64,000 bases of DNA, taken from the NCBI RefSeq assembly GCF_009914755.1, contig NC_060940.1. The stretch is one strand, 5' to 3'. Position 1 is the stretch's first letter. Each line of letters opens with the position of its first letter. The notes beneath the pieces were generated by a model. That model saw only the letters and a list, made by a program, of their open reading frames with translations. It ran no database searches and was not told where the DNA came from. The position numbers and the translations under genes are program-made. Source of the stretch: the human T2T-CHM13v2.0 reference genome, Homo sapiens. Positions 39,866 to 54,296 of this stretch are shown here, piece after piece.

Positions 39866-40550
39866 ATCTCCCAATAGCAAGTTAAAGAATTACGCCAAAG
39901 CGTGGCTAAATAAATAAATGAAAGCAATCTTTTGGGGGGCTAAGATAGACCAAATTATTCCATGTTACTTAAGATTCCTCCCAAACTAAGTAGTAACTCC
40001 TTGGTGATAGATCATATTCTTCCACCAAGTGACCACCACTGAGCTGGGCACATAAGAATGCTTGATGCCAATGTGTCAATCAGTATTTGATTGGGAATAT
40101 AGCCAACCCATTTCAAGAGAAATGCTGTGAACTAAAGTCAAAATGTTGGCAACACTGAACAATCAATCGACTGAATTGGACAGTCAATAGATTCAGATGC
40201 TCTAAATGCCTTCCATTATATCCGATCTGCCAAAGGTCCAAAAACCAATGATGCAGTGGCAAATTTCCTGGTCTCATCTCCCACGCAGCATCCACTCTCC
40301 CCCAGATGGTTGAGTTCTTTCTGGTCATCTTAGATCCCTCCAGAATGGATTTTTTTTACCTCTCATGCTTGCGCAAGGCTCAACTTCAATTCGAAGAAAG
40401 CCTTCCCATACTTCCTTTTATGAAATTACAAGCCTGGGATCCCTACCTTGTCTGCTCAGAAATAAAACAGACTCAGCCCCATCTACACTTGAGTTAGAGT
40501 TGAGAGTTGCATACTCTCAACTCCTCATGTGGCTGAGTTGCTAAAGGTGT

Positions 40551-40930
40551 TGTATTAGTTCTTGCACTGCTATGAAGAAATATCTGAAGCTGGGAAATTT
40601 ACAAAGAAAAGAGGTTTAATAGGCTCATGATTCCGCAGGCTGTACAGGAAGCATGGCTGGGGAGGTCTCAGGAAACTTACAATCATGGCAGAAGGCAGAG
40701 GAGAAGCAGGCATGTCTTACATCACCAGAGCAGAAGGAAGAGAGAGAAGAGGAAGGTGCTACACACTTTTAAACAACCAGATCTCATGAGAACTCACTCA
40801 CTATCACAAGAACAGCAAGGGAGAAATCTGCCCCCATGATCCAATCACCTCCCACCTGGCCCCTTTTTCAACACTGGGAATTACAATTCGACATGAGATT
40901 TAGGCAGGGACACAAATCCAAACCATGTCA
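40551..40930 (-). mobile_element. MSTA-like MaLR solo LTR
   Basis: tgtattagt...ccaaaccatgtca; TSD ggtgt / ggagt. Confidence 0.9.
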
Positions 40931-40935
40931 GGAGT

Positions 40936-41160
40936 GAACCATGGAGTCAAGCAGTCCTGGTTTCTATCACAGCTCTGCCACTTATATGCTGTGTGACCTT
41001 GGGAAAGCACTTAGCCTCTCTGAGCCTCGGTTGTTCTAACTATACAATGGACATAATATTTACCTACTTTAAGACTGTTCTTAGGACTGAGAAAGGTAAG
41101 GTCTATAAAGTACTTAGCACAGCCCCTGACACGTAGTTGGTGCTTAATTAATGCTCTTAT
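40936..41160 (+). mobile_element. MIR
   Basis: gctgtgtgaccttgggaaagcacttagcctctctgagcctc. Confidence 0.85.
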
Positions 41161-41455
41161 CACTTGATTTTGAATTCAGAGAGTAGACCCATCACAGCAG
41201 AGCTACAGTGGGGTGGAAAGGGGAGGTAACGGAGGTAACAGGACCCACTATGAGCACCTACTGTGTGCTAGCAGCTGTGCTAAGCACTTTAAATACACTC
41301 TCTCATTTAATCCTCACCACCACCTACTTTGTCACCATTGCTTCTATAACAGGACATCAAGTAGGAATTCTCCAGTTGTTCTGGATCAATGACTACAGCA
41401 GACAGTTGGTACCTAGCTCAGGGTGAGAGATCCCCAAGAGAAATTGCTCCAAAAG

Positions 41456-41592
41456 AGGGTGATCACACATCCCCAGTTTGCCCTGCATGATCCCAATTTA
41501 TACCTGTTGTCTTAACATATCTATTAATAACTTCTCATTCCCTTTCATACTCAGAACAGTCCAAATCTGAGCAACAAATTATATGGTCACCT
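41456..41592 (-). mobile_element. MER94-like hAT-Blackjack MITE
   Basis: Terminal inverted repeats agggtgatca... / ...aattatatggtcacct; about 135 bp. Confidence 0.7.
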
Positions 41593-42263
41593 GTCATGGT
41601 CACCAGCCAATTATATGGTCACCTGCCATGGAGCCATGGGGGCTGATTGCAAGAAGGAGGGGCTAGCATCTCTATCCCTGAGCTGCAGAGCCATGAGCCC
41701 CTCTAGTGCGATCATCTGAGTAAGATGGAGTGAGGACACTCTTGGAAAAGCTGACTCTAAGCAAAGCTTAATGTAGGAAAAGGACAGGGGCAGGCATCTC
41801 CCTCTCATTCCCTGTGCCCTAAGAGTGCGTCACAGATGCCTGTGATTTCATGGTAGAAGAGGAAGCCAGAGATACAGATGAGAGGCTATCCAAGGAGCCA
41901 CTAAATGAGGGGCTTGGGGCCACAGATGATTGAAAGGGGCCAAAGGGAGGCAAGGCTGGCCTTCCCCTAAGGGTCTCAGTGACAGATGGGGCACATATGA
42001 CATTGAAACCAAGCACACGATCTACACCAGAACCATCTCATTTGCAAAGGTTTTGAGCAGCAAAACCAGTGTTACACAGAACAAGATCAGAAATGCCACC
42101 CATAACTACGACCTTGCCAAGTTAAGTAGAAATAAGCCTAAACTCCCCGACCCACTTTCCTCCCCATCTCCACACACAAAGAGAGGAATGGGAGATGCAT
42201 AAAGAGCTAAACATGCCCTTCGCACGCACCTCTTCAGGTCCCTGCCATGGGGAAGAGAGATAA

Positions 42264-42613
<350 letters not shown>

Positions 42614-42999
42614 TAAGTCAGACTGAACTAAGTTTTTTAATAGCTGAAAGTGGCCAGAAAGTTAAGGGACCTAGCACCCACTGGGGTAGAAAGACTGAAC
42701 ATACAACTGATAATAATATTTAAGAAAAAAAACAAAACTAGTTCATGCTTGTACCCCATGGAGTTGAAACTTCTCCCCAAACTAATTACTGTCGTTTAAT
42801 AGACACTTGGTGCTGAGTGCTTTACATATTTTCCTTTTAGGGAAAACTCTGAGACACATGGGCTCAGGGGAAATATTTGTTGACTTGGATGGAAAAGGCC
42901 CATCCTCAGCTTTTGTTTTGCCCTGTCCTGCTGTCTGTCTGTGTTAAGTTCAATGCCTGAGGCTTTGCCAACTTATATTCCCTGTAAGGGCAGAAATTC

Positions 43000-43145
43000 A
43001 GCTCATGTAAACCTCACAGCAATCCTTATGCCCATCTAACAGAGATGGAAATGGAGACTCAAAGAGGTAAAGAAACTCACCCAAAGAACCCCAGCTAAAA
43101 CATTTAGCAGAGTAGGGATTTGAACCCAGGCCTGTCCACCTGCAC
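43000..43145 (-). mobile_element. MIR
   Basis: cctcacagcaatcctt...gaaatggagactcaaagaggtaaag...ggatttgaacccagg. Confidence 0.75.
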
Positions 43146-43601
43146 ATCCCTTGCTTGTTTGCCTTATTGAGCTGTCTCCTCAATTTCATCTTCACCAGCC
43201 CCAATTCTCAGATGTCCCCTGGGCCTCCTCAATACCATGTTGCAGGCCATAGCCCCAGGCTGCTAAATGGCACGCAGCCTCTGTGGGAGAAGACTCTAAT
43301 TGTGCCTGACCACAAGGTCTGCAGGGAGTTAATAAATTATTCCAAGAGAATATTTGCACTGAAGGCCTTATTGACTGGAGTCCATTTCCTGAGTTGGCAT
43401 AATTTTTTTTCTCCAGCAATTGTTATAAAGCAAGTGCAAGTCTTGAAGCCTCAACTGTAGAATCTCTTGATTATCACCAAGTATATGGGCTTCCAAGCCT
43501 ACCTACCTTCAAAGTCAAGGTCATCACAAAGGGATAATCCCTCAGGCAAAAAGAAAGATGAGTTTTAGGGGTCCCCTGGTTTCCATAGAAAAGGCACTCC
43601 A

Positions 43602-43913
43602 GGCCAGGTGCCATGACTCACGCCTATAGTCGCAGCACTTTGGGAGGCTGAGTCAGGAGGATGGTTTGAACCTGGGAGTTCGAGACCAGTGTGGGCAATA
43701 TGGTGAGATCCCATCTCTGCAAATAATACAAAACAAAACTCGTAAGCATAGTGGCACACACCTGTAATCTCAGCTATTCAGGAGACTGAGGTGGGAGGAT
43801 AACTTGAGCCAGGAAAGTTGAGGCTGCAGTGAACTGAGATCACGCCATGGCACTCCAGCCTGGGCAGAGTGAGACCCTATCTCAAAAGAAAAAGAAAAAA
43901 GAAAGAAAGAAAA
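43602..43913 (+). mobile_element. AluJ
   Basis: Perfect 15-bp TSD agaaaaggcactcca (43587 / 43914). Confidence 0.94.
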
Positions 43914-44029
43914 AGAAAAGGCACTCCAGTTCCATTCTATTCTTTATGGAACTATTCATAATTTACAGATTAATGTCACTTTTCTCCCTCCCACCCTCAT
44001 CTTTCTCCCTAAGAAAACCACGACTGATT

Positions 44030-44740
44030 TGTTGCAGTATTATAACACCCAATGAGTAGAAACAACCCAAATGTCCATCAATAGGGGAATGGTTGAATAA
44101 AGCATGATATAGCCACCCAGCAGAGTACTATGAAACATACTAAAAGAATGAGAAGGACCTCTATATCCCCAGTATGGAGGAGTTTCCAGTTCATTCAAAT
44201 GAAATTAGCAAGGTTTCAGAAAAGAGTATGTTGTTTTGTATAAGGAAGTGAAAGGGATTAGAATATATATTTGCTTATATTAGCGAAATAAAATAATAAA
44301 AGGCTAAAACCACAAAAAAAAAAGTTTCCTTTGGTGGAGAGAGAAGAAGAAGGGTAATAGGAATGAAAATGGGACCTCTCTAAGGCTGAGAAGAGGGGAG
44401 AACCAAGAAAGAGGAGTGTGGGAGTGCTTTGTTCTGCCAGGTGCAGTCAATAGGTGCCTTGTCTGTAGAGAATTTAAAAAACAGTAATACAATCAACTAT
44501 TAAATGCAATTGGTATCTAAATCAAATTTTGGATCCAGGAAAAAAGGACATTGGTGGAAAAACTGATGAAATTTGAGTAAAGTCTACAGTTAATAGCATT
44601 ATATTAATATTAATTTCTTTTGACAAATGTACCATGGTGATGTAAGATGCTAACATTAGGGGGAACTGGATGAAGGGTAACTACAAGAATTATCTGTGCT
44701 ATTTTTGCAACTTCTGCAAATCTAAAATTATTCCAAAACA
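44030..44740 (+). mobile_element. L1ME-type fragments
   Basis: gaaacaacccaaatgtccatcaatagggg; tgtaccatggtgatgtaagatgctaacattagggg...ctaaaattattccaaaa. Confidence 0.7.
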
Positions 44741-45072
44741 ACGTGGTGATTTCTAAAAATATATGAATTTCATACACGAGTATTATGACATGAACAAAAA
44801 GCAATTAAAGGTCATCCATTTTTATTATTACTGGCAATTCTAAACAATATTGGTGATAGAACTCTCCCACTCCTCCAACCAGGGCAACTAACCACTCTGT
44901 ACCTACTCTGAGGATGGCTTTTTTATTTAGTTATTAGTTTGGGACATTGTTAATGTTCTGTAAAGACAAATATAAAACAAAATTTGAAAACAAAAACAGA
45001 AAGAGCCACAATATTGGGCATGAATAATCCAAATCTGAGCACTGTCACCACGTGCTCCTCTCAAATTCAGGG

Positions 45073-45211
45073 TTTTAATTTTTTATTCTTTATTACAGAC
45101 AGGATCTCCCTATGTTGCCCAGCCTAGCCTTGAACTCCTGAGTTCAAATGATCCTCCTGTCTCGGCCTCCCAAAGTGCTGAGATTACAGGCATGAACCAC
45201 CAGGCCTGGCC
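45073..45211 (-). mobile_element. FLAM_C-like Alu monomer
   Basis: Single monomer; TSD tcaaattcagg / tcaagttcagg. Confidence 0.88.
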
Positions 45212-45759
45212 TCAAGTTCAGGTTTGAGCAGCTCTCACCAAAATCCCACTGCAGTAAAATTCGCAGTGGGCTTCAAATTCAGGTCCATCTGAGTCCAGAT
45301 CCCAAAAGCTTTCTGACAGATCTTCTTGAGGGTGACAAAACAGAAATAAAAGATCAGAATGGGAACTTGCAGTTCCTCTTCTGTCCTTTATAGAAGTGTC
45401 AACGGGGATGCAAAGATTTCATTATCAACGGGACTGGCACTGTGCCCTTCTATCAGGCGTCTGCTCTCACAGGGAAATCAACTTGGCACAGCCTCAAGCA
45501 TTGAACCTAACACTGAGAGGCAGCCGGGCAGAGCAGAAAGAAAGCTGAAGACAGGCCCTTTCCATCCAAGTCAACAAATATTTCCTTTGAGTACGTGTAC
45601 CTCAGGGTTTTTCCCAAAAAGAAAAATCCCTCCCCATATAAACCCCCTAGAAAGAAGTCATTGCTGCCTCAAATGCATGTATTCAGCTGCAAGGCTTCTA
45701 TTGCTACATGCTTTCTGATTATAGCCACCATTTCTAAGCCCTGCAGGTGTTTGCCCATC

Positions 45760-46067
45760 TTGGATCCTTTGAAACAGCTCCTTCCCCTGCCCCATTTGCT
45801 TCCAGATATCTGCACGGCTCAGCCCCTCCATTTATTTGGGCGTTTGCTCAAAGCCACCTTTTCAGAGAGGCCTTCACTCACCACCCTATTGAAACGGGGT
45901 CACACCTCCCATCTCTCTCCATTCTCTATACCTACTTTATCTCCTTAATGCTCACTACCTCTTAACATTTATTCATGTGTTGACTTGTCTTCCCTCTCTG
46001 AAAGCTCCATAAAAGCAGGGTCTGTTGCATCTCCAGAGCCTACTATTTTTTTTCGGTGTAAACAGTA
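45760..46067 (+). mobile_element. L2 3' fragment
   Basis: ccagatatctgcacggctc...cttttcagagaggccttc...aagctccataaaagcaggg. Confidence 0.75.
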
Positions 46068-46363
46068 GGTGGCTCACGCCTGTAATCCCAGCACTTTGGG
46101 AGGCCGAGGTGGGCAGATCACGAGGTCAGGAGATTGAGACGATCTTGGCTAACACGGTGAAACCCCATCTCTACTAAAAAAATACAAAAAAATTAGCCGG
46201 GCACGGGGGCGGGCGCCTGTAGTCCCAGCTACTCGGGAGGCTGAGGCAGGAGCATGGTGTGAACTCTGGAGGCGGAGCATGCAGTGAGCCGAGATGGCGC
46301 CACTGCACACCAGGCTGGGTGACAGAGCGAGACTTCGTTTCAAAAAATAATAATAATAATAAA
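46068..46363 (+). mobile_element. AluY lacking its first ~10 bp
   Basis: gatcacgaggtcagg, ggctaacacggtgaaa; (AAT)n tail; no TSD found. Confidence 0.94.
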
Positions 46364-46429
46364 GAATTCCAAAATCAAGTACAAAATCAAAAGGCAGATT
46401 TTCAAACAAAATCTTTGAAAAGTGGTTCT

Positions 46430-46774
<345 letters not shown>

Positions 46775-46934
46775 TCACGCTTTTCAGGCACAAAGAAGGG
46801 CCAAGAGCAAGAGAGGATTTCTTTGGAGAGAGTCTGTTGAAGACACGCCTTCATGTTACAAGATCTTGAAACTCATGGGCACCATGGTCTGGGATCTGAA
46901 TCCTGCAGCAAAGCTCTTCCAGGCTTCTTGCTAT

Positions 46935-47421
46935 GCTGCCTGGGGTAACTGCACAAGGCCCCATAATTAGACGACCCCACTGTGATGCTGGCATTTTGAA
47001 ATTCCTATAATTTTTTTTTTTTTTTTTTTTTTTGAGACAAGGTCTTTCTCTGTCACCCAGGCTACAATGCAGTGGCATGAGGCTCACTGCAGCCTCAACC
47101 TCCTAGGCTCAAGCGGTCCTCCTGCCTTAGCCTCCCGAGTAACTAGGACCACAGATGTATACCACCATTCCCGGCTGATTTATTTATTTATTTTTTTTAA
47201 TTAATTAATTTATTTTTTTTTGTAGAGATGCAGTTTTGCCATGTTGCCCAGGCTGGTCTCAAACTCCTGGACTCAAAGCAACTCCCCAGCCTCAGCCTCC
47301 GAAAGTATTGGGATTACAGGTGTGAGCCCCTGCACCCAGCCAGAATTCCTATAATTTTCATAACAAGAATCACCACATTTTCGTTTTGTGCTGGGCCCTG
47401 AAAACTATGCAGCCAGTTCTG
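46935..47421 (-). mobile_element. MER91-like hAT element split by AluJ
   Basis: gcacaaggcccc...ttgaaattcctataatt [Alu] ...cattttcgttttgtgctgggccctgaaaactatgcagccagttctg. Confidence 0.6.
47011..47341 (-). mobile_element. AluJ
   Basis: TSD aattcctataa (47000 / 47344); expanded middle linker. Confidence 0.94.
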
Positions 47422-47752
47422 CCCAAGATGCTTATTTTATTTCATTTTCCCAGCTTTACAGGGGTAAAATTGACAAATAAAAATGGAATACATTTACAGT
47501 GTACAATGTGATCTTTGGAGATATATGTATACACAAATTGTGAAATGATCACCATGAACCAGCTAATTACCCTATTCATTACCTCCCATAGTTGTCTTTG
47601 GATGTTTATGTGATGAGAACACCTAAGATCTGGTCTCTTAGTGAAAGGATGGTGATTACCAGAGGCTGGGAAGGGTAGTGGGCTGGGGAATGTAGGGATG
47701 GTTAATGGGTACAAGAAAAATAGTTACAAAGAATGAGTAACACTTACTACTT

Positions 47753-48050
47753 GGTCAGGTGTGGTGGCTCACACCTGTAAGCCCAGCTCTTTAGGAGGCC
47801 AAGGCGGACAGATCACTTAAGGCCAGGATTTCAAGACTAGCCGGGCAACATGGCAATACCCCATCTCTACTAAAAATACAAAAAATAGCCAGGCATTGTG
47901 GGGCACACCTGTAGTCCCAGCTACTCAGGAGGCTGAAGTGGGAGGATCACTTGAGCCCAGGAAGTCGAGGCTGCAGTGAGCTGTCATCATGCCACTGCAC
48001 TCTAGCCTGGGTAACAGAAATGAGATCTTCACTCCAAAAAAAAAAAAAAA
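47753..48050 (+). mobile_element. AluJ (Jb-like)
   Basis: TSD aacacttactactt / aagacctactactt. Confidence 0.93.
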
Positions 48051-48069
48051 AAGACCTACTACTTGATAG

Positions 48070-48402
<333 letters not shown>

Positions 48403-49767
48403 TAATTGTACATTTTAAAATAACTGAAAGAGTGTATTTGGATTGCTTGTAACACAAAGGATAAATATTTGAGGGTATAGATACCCCATTCTTCATGATG
48501 TGATTATTACACACCACATACCTGTATCAGAACATCTCATGTACCCATAAATATATACATTTATTATATACCCACAAAAAGTAAAAAAAAAAATTTAAGA
48601 GCTGCTCTCTTAACAAATTTCAAGTAAGCAATATGGTATTGTTAACCATAGTTACCGTGCCAAATATGAGATGCCCAGAACTTATTCATCTTATCACCGA
48701 AAGTCTGTACCCTTTGAGCAACATTTCCTCCTAGCCCCTGGCAACCATTCTAATTCGACTCTCTTTTCCTCTGAGTTCAACATTTTCAGATTCCACAGAT
48801 AAGTGAGATCACACAGCATTTGTCTTTCTCTGTCTGAATTAGTTCACTTAGCTAATTCTACTCTTTTTGTATGAGTTCAACGTTTTTAAATTCCACAAAT
48901 AAGTGAGATCACACAGCATTTGTCTTTCTCTAAGTCCACTTAGACAATCAGAGGTGCTTGTTTTAAACTCAGGTTCCTGGACCCCACTGTTTTTAACAGT
49001 TCAGCTTGATATCCAAGCCTGTAAGAGACACTTTGATTCTCTGGATTAAAATGAGAGACAGTGAGAGGAGAGGAAGAAGAATAGAGGAGGAGAGATTTCT
49101 CTCTAAAAATGTAAGGGATTCCAATTAAAAATCACCTCTCATTGTACATGCAGAAAATGTACAGTGAGACACAAAGTTGGGTTGGAAGACAAAACTCTGA
49201 AACTAGTCTGGGAGGGTTAAGTGACTTCATGGAAATAAATACTAAAATATCAAAATGCTCTAAACTTTCCATTTTTACTTCTAAATGTGCTGAGAAAAAA
49301 ATCTGATTATTTGACAGGAATTTTAAAAAGAACAATTTTTATAAAACTAAAATCACATTCCTGAACACTCAAATGCTTAGCATAGGGGATGAAATTGACC
49401 TGGAATTTTCTTTGTGAGAGGAAGGACCAAGTTCCCAATGTGGATACATTACCAGTTAGATTTTCCAAGCACAGTTCATACTGCAGAATTCACCTAACTT
49501 GATTTAGGTTTCTCCTTTATAATCAGTTTCCACTTGAACTTCAACTACCACGAAAAAGTAAGTAAGTAAAGCAAAGACGTAAATTCTTGGGAACTTTGTT
49601 ATGAGAGGAACTTTCTAGACTGCACTTAGTTGTCTTATTTAATTAGCTACCAGGGAAACAAAACATATAGTATGTCCAAGGAGTTGACTCAATGGAATGC
49701 TGTCATGCTAAACAGATCTAACGTCATGCTGGGTGAGACACACAGTCTATTTTAGAAAGCCAAACAG

Positions 49768-50074
<307 letters not shown>

Positions 50075-50821
50075 AGAAAGCAAAACAGAAGCAAAGCATG
50101 CCAGAAGTTTATTCCAAGCCTCTGACAGTAGGAGTCCTGAAATCCACCTGGTGGATGAAGGAGGAAACAAAATTTAGAGGACTTGGCAGAATCACAGAAT
50201 GTGGGGAGATGTTTCCAAAGGGGACCTCATCTCATGCTGCAAACGTTTTGTCTGGAGAATACCAAAAAAAAAAAAAAAAAAAAAAGTTTTGTCTGTGTCT
50301 TGTGTCTTGGGTTGTTTTGTTGTTGTTGTTTTTTAACGTCATCAATGAGGCGTTCCTTGTTCTGCTGAGGCCCTAGAAGCATTCAGGAAAGGAAATGCAG
50401 AGGTGGGAACTGGAGAGAAATAATGTGCTCAATAAAAGGAGTAAGGTTTTGGAGCCAGACAAGAAAAAAAATGAGAAGCAGAGCTGGGGAAAGAATAGAG
50501 GGTTCTAGAAGCCTGAATGTGCCAGAAAATCATCCCCTCCAGAATCCCCCAGTCTTCAGTGAAGCCCTATGAACTCACTAGCTGAGTAGGTTTCCTGCAG
50601 GCAATGGGAGACGCAAAGTTCTGCACTTAAGCTCCTGTAGGGGAAAAAGCAGAGCCAGCGTGGGTTGGGGCCACCAGGGCCAGAGGCAGATACGACCTTG
50701 AGAAGGTCGCCCTCCCCAGATTAGCAGGAAGTAGCCTGCATAGAAGATCTTACCTAGATCTTTGAGGATTCAGGGGACCCCAGCTGACATGTCGGTTATT
50801 CTACTTAATTATAAAATGTTT

Positions 50822-51151
50822 GAGCAGGGCACAGTGACTCACACCTGTAATCCCAAGCACTTTGAGAGGCGGGGATAGGAGGAATGCTTCAGCCCAAGAG
50901 TTTGAGACCAGCCTGGGCAACACAGTGAGACTCTGTCTCTACACACTTTATTTTTTTTTGTTTTTTTTTTTTGTTTGTTTTTTAAATTAGCCAGGTAGGA
51001 TGCTACAGGCCTGTGGTTCCAGCTACATGGGAGGCTGAAGTGGGAGGATCACTTGAGCACAGGATTTTGAGGCTGCAGTGAGCTATGACTGTGCCACTGT
51101 ACTCCAGCCTGGGCAACAGAGTGAGACCCTGTCTCACAAAATAAAAATAAA
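50822..51151 (+). mobile_element. AluJ with T-rich middle linker
   Basis: J features; outer repeat aaaatgtttg (50813 / 51449) brackets this Alu and the next. Confidence 0.92.
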
Positions 51152-51482
<331 letters not shown>

Positions 51483-51519
51483 CTATGGGTTCCTGGAGGA
51501 CAGGTGCACTTCTCAGCCA

Positions 51520-52200
51520 TCTCTGGATGCACTGATGTGGCCATCTCTGTTAGTGTACTGGTATGGACCAGTAGGGTCCATACTTGCACAAATCCCAACA
51601 ATCGGTATTTACATCTCTTTGCTTGGCCAGGGCCCACAATGCCTGTGCACAGGACAGGTCGGAAGTCCTGGAGAATTAACATACCTCCTGCATTAGGTCT
51701 TCACCAGTGACTAACAGGAGGGACGTATAAATATCCCAGCTCCTTCACTCCTCCAGGGGGTGATTCTGAGCTACATGCTCAACACTAGGGTTGGCAAACT
51801 TCTTGAAAAAGGGTCATATAGTAAATATTTTATGTTTTGCAGGTCATATTGTCTCTCACAGATGCTCAACTCTGCTGCTGTTGTATAAAAGCTGCCATGG
51901 GCTATACATAAATGAAAGGGTGTGACTGTATTCCAGGAACATTTTATTGAAATAACAGGTGGCAGAACAGGTTTGCCATGGGCCAATAGTTTGCAAATCC
52001 CTGCTCTGTGTCATTTTCCAGAGTTCCCCAGAGAGATTAAACTGTGATTCCCCACACTGGTAACTGACATGATAATGCATCTTTCTTGCCACTTCCCTCC
52101 CTTGCCTGTCCCCTTTCCCCCACCTCCTCAAGCTTAATAAACTATTGGCACTCAAATCCTTGCCTCAGAGTCTACTTCAGTGAGCATCCAAACTAAAACA
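51520..52200 (+). mobile_element. LTR16A-like ERVL LTR split by MER58
   Basis: ccagtgactaacagg...tataaatatcccagctcc...aataaactattggcactcaaatccttgcctcagagtctacttc...aactaaaaca. Confidence 0.7.
51786..52003. mobile_element. MER58A-like DNA transposon
   Basis: TIRs tagggttggcaaact / agtttgcaaatccctg; tagtaaatatttta. Confidence 0.85.
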
Positions 52201-52205
52201 GTTGA

Positions 52206-52514
<309 letters not shown>

Positions 52515-52925
52515 TGATAAGGATACTTTTGACTGCAAGCAACACAGAGTTGAACTACAGGTGATTTAAATATTAATTTTGCACCAACCTATAATCCAGA
52601 TTTATTGTATCTCCCACACAAAATCCAGGCGTAGGTGGTCCAGACAGGTTAATTCAATAATGTCATGGCTTTGCGGTTTTTCTGATCCTTACTAGCTCAC
52701 TACTGAGAACCAGGTCATGTGCCCAAGGCTAAACCAGTCAGCAGTGAGAGAAACAAGATGAGCATGCCTGGCTTGGGCCAACTGAGTTCCATGCCTAAGA
52801 GCATGAGGAAGGAAGGGGCTCCATTTCTCTGGGCATATTGCCAACTGATGCATGAATGAAAATGGGATGGTCTCAGCAAAGAAGAAGAGAAAAGGGTTGC
52901 TGGGCAGGTAACCAATACATACCCA
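52515..52925 (-). mobile_element. MLT1K/L-like MaLR LTR
   Basis: ttgactgcaagcaaca...ggtcatgtgcccaaggctaaaccagtca...gctgggcaggtaaccaa. Confidence 0.55.
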
Positions 52926-53710
52926 GCAGCTGGTGCTTAGAAAATGCTGCTGCAGTCTATGAATGCATGAGCCACTGGATGTAAACAATGGATAGCAACT
53001 TTCTAGAAGAAAGATAAAGTTGAAGGAGTCATCCTGGACACACAAGAGTGGTGCAAAATAAGCACTGAGTGGCCAGGATGCTCAGGGGAAATCTCAGAGG
53101 CTTTAGGGAGCATGGTTACCTAACTCAGAACCATCAGTGCCAACTAAGGAAGACACAAGGTACATTGGTTAAAGTCAAGGACAATCATGTTCTTCCCCTA
53201 GTTAATAACAGACACGGCATTTTACAGTTCATAAAGCTCTTGTCCATTCATTAGTCTCACCATTCAGTCAATGAAATAAACCCAGGTAATAATCAGGTCA
53301 GGTATTATTCTTTTAAAATAATTTTATCCCCATTTACTGTGAAAAAAACTTCTTGAGACAGCTTGCAATAAAAGGTACACCCAAAGGGAAACCAAAAGAA
53401 AAATTATTTATTTATCAAATACATAAGAAAACTCATTTAATATGGTTATTTTGATTGCATGTGCTCTTGGGTTTTAGCTCCCTAATAGCCAGAGCAAAAG
53501 AAAAAGAAAACATAAAGGACACATGAATATCATCATTTAACAAAGGGAAGTATAGCTGTTCACAGGAAAGGAAATGATTTTTCTTAGAATAGAATTCAAA
53601 AAAAATTCCACTTGGATCCTTACATAAGGCAAATGTAACTAAATGATGGATAATGTCTCCCATGATGGTTTTGCAGAAGATATGAGAATGTCCTCATTCA
53701 TCATGACATT

Positions 53711-54081
53711 TGAAGTAGTCCATTCTCACACTGCTAATAAAGACATACCTGAAACTGGGTAATTTATAAAGAAAAAGAGGTGGACTCACAAATGGACTCA
53801 CAATTCCACATGTCTAGGGAGGCCTCACAATCACGGCAGAAGGCAAAGGAGTAGCAAAGTCACATCTTACATGGCAGCAGGCAAGAGAGGGCTTATTATT
53901 TTTAGTAGAGACACGGTTTCACAATATGTTGGGCAGGCTGACAACTGGCCAAGAATAGCATGGAAAAGACCCCCCATCTTGATTCAATTACCTCCCACTG
54001 GGTCCCTCCCATGACACATGGGAATTATGGGAGCTACAATTCAAGTTGAGATTTGGGTGGGGACACAGACAAACCATATCA
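53711..54081 (-). mobile_element. THE1 (C/D-like) solo LTR with its middle replaced by an Alu fragment
   Basis: agtccattctcacactgctaataaagacatacc...gagatttgggtggggacacagacaaaccatatca. Confidence 0.92.
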
Positions 54082-54296
54082 ATATCCCTACCCATCAGCT
54101 TTTCATACAAAGCCAAAGGTTTCTCCCTGTGGATGGTATCATAGCACTGATACCCATAAGCCTCACTTCCATTCCACATTGTCCTGGATATCCTAGCTAG
54201 TGCAGTTAGACAGGGGGGAAATGTCCAGAAAGGAAGAAATGAAACAGTCATCATTCCTAGGTGACTTGATCGTATACATAAAAATCCAAGGAAAAT

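Noticed and set aside
52568-52593. MADE1-like end ttttgcaccaacct
   Set aside because: Only about 20 bp and a single end; too short to call.
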